Origin: Lepidodermella squamata
Taxonomy: Eukaryota; Animalia; Gastrotricha
Direction: 5' to 3'
DNA: 18,269 nt
Assembly: GCA_047495785.1 (NCBI GenBank)
Contig: JBLDXI010000114.1
Span: forward strand, 1-18,269
A program made the translations under genes and the position numbers. The first letter of the stretch is position 1. Each line of letters opens with the position of its first letter. Shown here piece after piece: positions 10,057-18,269 of this stretch. Under the pieces are notes generated by a model. The model was not told the DNA's origin and searched no databases. It saw only the letters and a list, made by a program, of their open reading frames with translations.

Positions 10057-10688
10057 CTAAAAACTGAATGCAACAAAATATAAAGAAGGTGGTAAAAAGT
10101 AGGTCACGACTAATGATGAGCAATTTGAAACTGGCGCCTAGTTATTTGCCAGATAGAGTTGACTTTATAATAAAGACGGCTTCGCTTCGAAAACAACCCC
10201 CAATGACCAAATTAACGTGATCCCTATGAATCACGCGGGCCTGATTACTTGGGTTTTTTGTCAATTAGAATCATAATTTTTTGCACTTATAACGCCGCAA
10301 TTTGATAAAATATAGTCACCCGGAATCACTTGTCAACTGCGTTGATTCGGCCGTACTATTATAGAGCTATTGACAAGTGACAAATAGGTCAAGAAAGCAA
10401 AATCGCGAGATGACTCATTTTGCATTTTGGCACACATTAATGTACTAGCGTGCCGGATCTACTATATTTATTGGTCTATGGTCAATGGTCAGATCTCTTT
10501 TTTATTGATATATATGCCTTTAATAAAATCGTTATCTCGATTTAATCATAATATAAGTCCAATTCTTTGCCATACCACCTTACGATTTAATTTAAAGCCT
10601 CAATTTATCCTAGCTTTTTAGGTTAAAGACTGATGAAATTTTCGAACATTTGTAGGATTAAATAGCTTATCTGATTTCACTCTCTATT

Positions 10689-11174
10689 ATGGCTATGGCG
10701 TCGTTTGGCTTGGAAGAAGCAGTTGTCCCCCAAGCTAAGAAGATCATTGCCAGCGCGTTAAAAGGAACGAATTTCGTTTAACATCAGGAAGTGCAAGACG
10801 ACTTTGAAGAACTTTACGGAGCTATGGAACAACTAGCTGGAACGGACATAGGTCAGCGGCTTATTAACGCTTCTTCAAACATTTCACGCAAAATCAAAGA
10901 TGAAAGAAGCTTCCATGATACGGTGAAGATTTGTTGGAATCTAGCCAGTGAAGTTTTCAAGGGTAAAATGTCGCCGACTATAGGATTCGGACTATTTTTG
11001 ACAATCGTCGGCGCTTTGCTTATTGGCGTTGGTGTTTTTGGAGGCAGCATACTTCAAGGAGTAATCTTGCGCTCTGCTATTAGCATGATCGGTTCGTTAT
11101 TAGCACAGCTAGGGCTCTTCAAAGTCGGTCATTGGGCAATCGATAAGATAAGAAATGCTATATCCAGCTTATAA
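10689..11174 (+). pseudogene. Intronless 161-codon ORF with one in-frame TAA (10779-10781); possibly divergent Bcl-2-like
   Basis: MAMASFGLEEAVVPQAKKIIASALKGTNFV*HQEVQDDFEELYGAMEQLAG...IRNAISSL*. Composition is coding-like on both sides of the stop, against AT-rich flanks. Confidence 0.55.
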
Positions 11175-12205
11175 GAGTCTAACCCACGAGAGCCAATCCG
11201 GAGCGGTTGAGAATGGACGGCTAAATTGGTTGAGTCATCTCTCATCATATACTCTCGAATCCTTTATTCACCAATTGTGATTAATTTGAACAAGTTTAAA
11301 AAAAAGATTGTTGGTTATTATACCTATATTGCGAGAGTCGTGAATAAAATAAGAGAAATTGTTCTTCCTTTTTTTTTCACTTACCTACGCCATCAGTTGT
11401 GGTTGCCCTCCTCTACTTCGAGCATAGACATAATATCATTACCGTTTGACAACAAAAATTCTGCCAAATAGCAAATGCGGTTGACTTCCTAAAATTTTGG
11501 AAAAAATCTTAAAACCCCATTGGATCCTGTACATATCATAAGGGGTATCGATTTTTTTCCCCGAATTCGACTCCAATTTTGGAATCAAATCCTCGAAAAG
11601 CCTGAAATCGCCCCTCTGAATCTCCTCACCTGGGCGGTTTTAGATACAATTTTTTGAAGCTGGCGTTACACTGGCAATAACTGAGGGGAGAGCAGTAAAT
11701 TTTAAAGAGCCAAGTACTGCAAAGTAGCCATTTTGGAGGTAAAAATTCGACAACTCAAAAAGGAACCTTGAAAGACTTCTTAATCTATTGTCACATGGTA
11801 CTTCGATGAAGCCTTGGATTAATTTGTCCTGATTTTCTGCGATTTTCGTAAACCTCCAACTTGAGATTTGTATTGAATATTAACAGTGACCCTCTCCTGA
11901 AATTCACCTGAAATTCACCTGAAATTCTCCTGAATTCTAAGCGGGACTAGCCACGAACTCTCAGAATCTGAGGAAAATACCATCAACCAAGGTATGCCAT
12001 CCGGAACAATGGCCGTAATCGCGAATAAAATCGAATAATTGTGAGCTGTTCTTTTTGTATTATTTTAAAATATTATATGAAAGCATCTGTCACTGTTGCA
12101 CTTTGTGCAAACCAAATAATTGAGCGATAATGAAATCAAGTTAGTCGGACTAGGTGGATAAAACATACAGCGTCATTCGATACAAACATCTATTAAAATC
12201 ATTCA

Positions 12206-13283
12206 TCACCATTCGCTGTTGACTATTCCCGTCATGTTATCCTTTTGGGCGATCGCGAGGTAAAAATAAGATAACGCCCTCAGCACATCTTTGGCTCCTA
12301 GCGCTAAGCAGGCTCTATCTTTGAGAGATATATGCAGCTGCTCCTGGTGATGATAGCGAAGGTTGTTGTTGGTTAGGAAAGACTGCCCGGGCGGAGTAAG
12401 ACGATCCGACTGATGTTTAATTTCAGCCAGCTTCATTGACGTTATTTCGAGGAAAGTCGCCCAGTCAAAATGACTAGTTGGCTGAGATGGCGCTGAAAGG
12501 TGGTTATAGGTGATGTCGACTATATGAAAGATATGCAGGTATTCCCCGGAAAGCAAAAACTCCAAGATTGATTCGGGCCGCTCCCTTGTCAGATACTCAG
12601 GCTGCCATTCCATAACGATGCGTTTGAAAATATCCAAATCACTGAAAATTTCAGTGAAATTCGAAGCAGTATGGACTTCTCGAATTAATCCTGTGCCAAT
12701 ATGCCGCAATGGACTATATATACTGGAACGTTTATGCGCGATATTACAATATCCAAAGGTTGCCGCTTTGAGAGCTCGGTGGTTGCCCTGGTTAAAATAA
12801 AAAACGTTTAGCTTTATAGCAATCAACAAAAGCGTTAACAACTAACTATGTGTCTGAGCATCGAGCCAACTGGCGAACAGAAATTGCACACCGACTCCAG
12901 CAGATCCTTATTCACTCCTTTTTCAAACGCTGGATTGCATTCAACGCTAGCTGCAGGGTTCGTTTTCATTTGAGGATCGAAGTTGAAGTCGAAGTCGAAG
13001 TTGAAACAACACATAAGTTTTTGCCAATCTCTTTCCCTGAAAAAATGTGACAGACAGAAATGAACATTCAGATGAGAGCGAATTGAATTGAACTTACGAT
13101 ATTTTGCTAAAGTCAACCTTCGCAGAGAGAATACGCCGTTCCTCTTCTTCGTAGATAGGCACACAACGGCCTGCAACAAAGAAAAGGGCAGCTACTGAGA
13201 GTATCAAATGTTGATGCATCGGGAAATTCAAAGCTTCTTATTGCAATGTCTTTCTTCCACAAAATTGTTAAGGAAGCAGGCAT
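12206..13283 (-). CDS. Uncharacterised spliced gene, mirror copy
   Basis: Reverse complement of 5505-6582. Confidence 0.6.
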
Positions 13284-13862
13284 TTTGAAACTGGATTTAT
13301 ACACTTTTTATTAGAAAATGACTAAATTGAACAATATAAATGATTCAGTTATAAATGGCTATCTCGATCCTCTGTCTACTGTTGTCATAATCTCGCGGTC
13401 CAAGGTGCTATTATAGATATATCTAAGTGCTAAGTAAACAAAAACCTACTTTTATTATAAAGCAACGTGTGCCTATGGCCATTATTTAGCATTAATAATG
13501 TGTCATTTTTTCTTCCCTTTCTACGAAAACTGTCTTATCCAAAATGAATGAATATGATACGCCTGAAATCGAAATGAGACAAGTTGGCTGGCTTTCAAAT
13601 GAATCAAATGAGTTTTGAAGTCACCTAGACTCCTGGCCGGAATCTGGGAACCGGGTGCCCTAATTTCGGCCACCTCATTCAGTTACGCTAATACCACAAG
13701 TTTGATACCGTTGAATTCGTCTCGGCAAGCTGAGTGGGGAAATCGCCTTTGTTGCTATACATGGGAGCTTTTCCTTGACGATGTGATGCCTGAAACTTTG
13801 GTATTTATGGTAACAAAGCACTCGGCAGGTCGCAGCGGCCGAATTTAGGGCTCCCTGCTCTA

Positions 13863-14042
13863 CAGGGTGGCCAAAAAATTCCGCAAAGCAGGAATTCGCT
13901 GCGCATCAATTTAATGAGGAGTTTTAAGAAGTTCAATAATTTCAAGCATTTTTTTGCCAATAGAACTTCTCAATTTCTTGAAACTCCTCATTAAATTGAT
14001 GCGCAGCGAATTCCTGCTCTGCGGAATTTTTTGGCCACCCTG
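13863..14042. mobile_element. 180-bp MITE, mirror copy
   Basis: Reverse complement of 4746-4925 with TA flanks. Confidence 0.9.
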
Positions 14043-14244
14043 TATGGGAAGTGGGAAGTGGAAGTGGAAGTGGGAAGTGGAAAATGAAAATCTATTTCAA
14101 TAATTTCAATAAAACCCATAGGTAAGTTCAAAATTTAATCCTCAAAAATTGAAGCAACCGATTTATTTTAGATGAAACAAAGATGATGATAAATCTGTGA
14201 GCAGTAGGTATACATTTGAGGAGTGATTAATGATGTAACATAGT

Positions 14245-16785
14245 TCAAGTTGAATGAATCGAAGCGAAATGTTCCAACTCAGCCACAACACTCGCCGGCC
14301 GTTTCGAGTATTTGATGTGCAACAAATCGCCAACTTGATCAATAGTAGCCAACGCCTGATCCAGCATCTCCTTCGTATGAGCCGCCGACATGCAGAAACG
14401 AGCACGGGGTAGGACAAGGGGCGTAGCAGGATAACCGACAACGACTACGGCAATATTCCGCCGAAGTAATTCTCGACTGAACGCGACTACCTTCGCGGGC
14501 TGGTACAGCATTAGAGGTACGATAGGTGAGTCGCGACTGCCGTAGATGATGAAGCCCATGCGGTGGAGATGGTACCGGAAATACTGTGTGTTCCAGGCCA
14601 GTTGTTGGATCCTCCGCTCGCCCTCGGACGTGCCGTCGAGCCCCATGATAGTCCGGAGGCACGCGACTATTTGCATAGCAACAGGTGCCGGCATTGAGGC
14701 GCCGTAGACTGAGGCGTGGGATGTGGCGCGGATGTAGTTGATCAGTTTTGAACTGCCAGCAATGTAACCGCCGGCTGAGCCGAAGCTTTTCGTGAATGTT
14801 CCCATTAGAATGTCGACGTCTTTTGCGTCACAGCCGTAAACGTCGAGAACCCCGCGGCCGGTCGTTCCAACAGCGCCGATCGAATGGGCCTCGTCAAGGT
14901 ACAGGTAGCACTAATTTGAAAAAATTACTCATAATTAAGAAACAATTAAAAAATTGAACCTTTAGATTAATTTATTTAATTTTTGAGGAAGAACAGGAAA
15001 ACTCTCATTTTGAGATTCATCTATTAAAATTCATATTAGAGCGAACGATCTAATTTCGGATGCAAAGAAGTCGAAGAATCCTCGGCCCCTGTGGGAATGA
15101 AATGGGGGGAAGGTGCCAAGTGGCAAACCGACTGATGAGCTACCTTTACTAATTTTTCAAATGTTTGTATCTATTTGCCTTGATTTCCTATTAATTTTTC
15201 GCTGTCCGAAATTAGAGCACCAAGCGCCCTAATTTCGGACACATCAAGGTAAATCACACTCACCTCGAATTTAGAGTAATTTTGAGTTTCAGAATGTTCA
15301 GGAATCCATGAATAAAGGTTAGAAAAAAATATTAAAAAAAATTCCATGAATTTGTGTGTGATCTTATAGCCATATTTCGAATGATAAATTCGCTAAAAAT
15401 GATCTAAAATAGATTTGGGTTTTCAATGACTACCTCAATGACTACAAAAGTCCATGCTTGGTGTGATCTTTTTGCACAAATTATGAATCATCACTTTGCA
15501 AACAATGCAGCGATGATTCATAATTCATAATTATTAGCTCTTGTTCACACAAAGATGATTAGAATTAAGTATGATTTTCAGTCAGGAGAATTCAAAAATT
15601 CTTCAAAAAGTCAGACTTTTGATAGCTAGACTTCGGTACCAACTTCCTAATTTTGGTTCCAATATTCTGATTTTTTTAATTTTGCTACCGAAGTCTGAAA
15701 TATACTGAATATTCTTACCTTGTATTTTTTCTTCAAGCGAATGACGTCAGGCAGTTTGACTAAGGAGCCTTCCATGCTGTAGATGCCCTCGACAACGATC
15801 AGAATCTTTCTCCACGGCTTGCCATTCTCACGTCCAGTTTTAATTGCATTTCGAATCGTGTTTTCAAGCGAGGTCATGTCTGAAATCAAAATTTTAATAA
15901 TTTTCAAAGCTCAAAAATGTCGAGAAATATCTACCGCCATGCTTGAAGGTTCGAACTGTGGCACCTGACTGGCGGCTACCGAGCGCGAGAGAGCAATGAT
16001 TCAACTCGTCAGAAATCACCAAACAACCCTACAAAAATTGAAAAAATTATTAAAAAATCATCTATCATTTTTCATAAAAATGATCAACCTTCTCTGCCAA
16101 AACAGGTATTGTCAAAGCGTTCGTTGCAAACCCCATTGGGTAAGTGACGGCATCTTCGACGCCCAGGTAAGCAGCGACAAGCTTTTCGAGCTCTTCATGT
16201 ACCGGGAGGGATCCAACCTCTTGCCTCGTGCTGCCAACACCGACGCCATGCCTACGAATCGCCTCTTTCGCCGCCTCAGCACGAGGCCCGTTTGGTTCGG
16301 AAAAGCCGAGGTAATTGTAAGATCCTAAGTTCACAGCACTGATTTTGTCACCGGTATGATGGAAGGTCCAGCCGCGATCGGGGGAAACTCGGTCGAGAAT
16401 CTCGATCATCGCACCCGGGCACCCAGCTATAGGCCGATTCCAACAGTCACGCACCCGGACGTACATGTTGCGGCGGAAAAATGAGTTGAAACCCGTGTAC
16501 AAAGGCACAAATCCCATCTGAAAAAAATTTCAGTAAAATTTAATTTTGATTTTTTAATTTGCAACGTACCTTGTCAAGCGGATCAACGGTATAGCGGTTG
16601 AATCTTGGCAGGCCAATGAAGTGAAGAAAGTCGTTAATCAGGCCGAAAATGATGAGGATGAAAAAGTTGAAATAGGCCGAGAATTTGCACCTTAGCGGAG
16701 TTGCTTCGAAGATTTCGTGGTACGTTCGACTTGCGGCGTCTTCATCGCTGGAACTCTTCGAATGCCGCTCGATAATTCGAGCCAT
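14245..16785 (-). CDS. SPTLC2: Serine palmitoyltransferase subunit 2, mirror copy (5 exons)
   Basis: Reverse-complement copy of 2003-4543; the ORF translations are identical. Confidence 0.95.
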
Positions 16786-17894
16786 TGCGAATTCTCAGAA
16801 TTATAAGAAATAACTATCTGAAATGAAGCGTCGGTGTGAGTTTTAGTACTATGAATTTCGCACACAATCGAATTACGTGAGGGTGATAACCTCATGGGGT
16901 TTCTCGATTGTGATGAAATAAAGAAATTATAGAGTGCGAGATTGTGTGATTAATCACTCAGAAAATATTTGCACTGAAGTTTTAGCGTCTAAAATCAATA
17001 AAATTTGTAATTTTATAGAAAGTTTTTCACCTGAAGGAAATTATTTTTACTAAAAGGGAATAAAAGATAATTTTTATGGAAATTATTTGACCTAGATTAC
17101 GTAAATTACGATGACCCAAATTCTTGGCGAGGAGGTTAAATGCGCAATAATTAATCTAAAAAGGCGAAAAGGCGAAAAATCCACCTTAATAAGAAGATTT
17201 TCTCGTAATTCTTTAATGCGGCTGTTAAGTAAAGCTTATTGTAGGCGATAATGTTCCGTACGAAAATAGTAAAAGAATACGTCGTTATTAAAGGCATACA
17301 GTTACAGAGAGGGAAATTTCTGTATTATTTACTCAGATTTCGAATAGGCGGCGGAGCAGTCGTGGTATAGTGTTGTGGCTGTGTGCTTGTCTCACTTTTA
17401 TTAGTAGCCAAACTCGCTTGGCCGTGCCACAATCTCGGCTCTCAGCTGCCACGCCAGCCACGCGATATGACTAGAGCTTGTGCATGGCGGATATTTGACA
17501 CCCGCAACCGCCTCACTGCTGTTTGTAATGCAATAAAAGCAAGTGCTGGCCGGGGCAAGTGGCGTTCTTGTTTTATACTGCTTCGGGCGGCGACGTGTTA
17601 CTACACGTGTCTCGTATATATAATTATACACGAGACAACTGATCGCTTGATGCTTATTTATGATATTAATCCATGTGATATAGAAGATGAGCATCGATTT
17701 CTTTCACAGTAGCTCACCATCATTTCGCGATGACATGAACCGAACTGAAAGTGCAGTGAAGGAGAAGCACTATACGTGGGAAGACGCAACATTTGAACAG
17801 TCAGCAGGTGTTTAATGTCAAATAAAACGTAGCTGATCAGCTGGGCTATGGCGAAAAGTTTATAGCTTTTTTAGAAAACAATCGCTATCAGCGA

Positions 17895-17966
17895 AGCAGA
17901 GTGGCGCAGTGGAAGCGCGCTGGGCCCATAACCCAGAGGTCTGTAGATCGAAACTACGCTCTGCTA
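17895..17966 (+). tRNA. tRNA-iMet: tRNA-iMet(CAT), mirror copy
   Basis: Identical to 822-893; followed by a TTTTT terminator about 8 nt downstream. Confidence 0.97.
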
Positions 17967-18269
17967 AAGCTACATTTTTGTTTTATTTTTTATTTTTTAT
18001 TTTTTATTATTCATTTTCAAATAAATTAAAGTTAGATTGAAGATAATTTATGCAAATTCTAGCTATTTTCTACCTCTTCGCGCATCAAAGAAACAGCGGA
18101 TTTTCCCCGCCTTTTCTGCAAGTGAGTGCAATAACGTGAATGCGACACTTTTGGTTGTTTTATAATATTGTCGGAATTGCTGAATTTTAACTGCTAATCA
18201 ACGAAATTCTTCTTTACCAACACAAAAATGATCGATTTCCGATAATCGAGTGTGATTGATTTTCGATTA

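Larger units (their letters stand above)
10090..18269 (-). repeat. Right arm of the giant inverted duplication (runs to the window end)
   Basis: Reverse complement of 519-8698 at a constant offset, so no net indels. Confidence 0.98.

Noticed and set aside
10776-10787. GTTTAACATCAG could be a 12-nt GT-AG intron removing the TAA in frame
   Set aside because: Shorter than any spliceosomal intron I know of; most likely coincidence.
519-18269. Arms as terminal inverted repeats of a giant transposon or virus (Polinton/Maverick, foldback element)
   Set aside because: No transposase, integrase, polymerase or capsid ORF; the arms contain ordinary intron-containing host genes and a tRNA.

Overview
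Eukaryotic, AT-rich genomic DNA, probably from an invertebrate animal (short 52-61 nt GT-AG introns with TTT(T/C)AG acceptors, metazoan-type initiator tRNA); the species cannot be determined from the sequence. Almost the whole window is one giant inverted duplication. Position x pairs with 18788-x, so the left arm (519-8698) and right arm (10090-18269) are at least 8180 bp each, run to the window edge, and surround a unique 1391-bp spacer (8699-10089). I found no differences between the arms in the ORF track or in spot checks. Each arm carries a tRNA-iMet gene, a complete 5-exon serine palmitoyltransferase 2 (SPTLC2/LCB2) gene, a young TA-flanked MITE, an uncharacterised spliced gene and an intronless 161-codon ORF. 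That ORF has a Bcl-2-like helical layout and is interrupted by one in-frame TAA. The spacer holds a single-copy membrane-anchored Thr/Pro-rich ORF whose start lies 34 bp from the junction. The inner junction shows microhomology and cuts a small inverted-repeat element asymmetrically, which points to a fold-back/template-switch origin. This could be a real palindrome or an amplification/sequencing artefact; sequence alone cannot decide.
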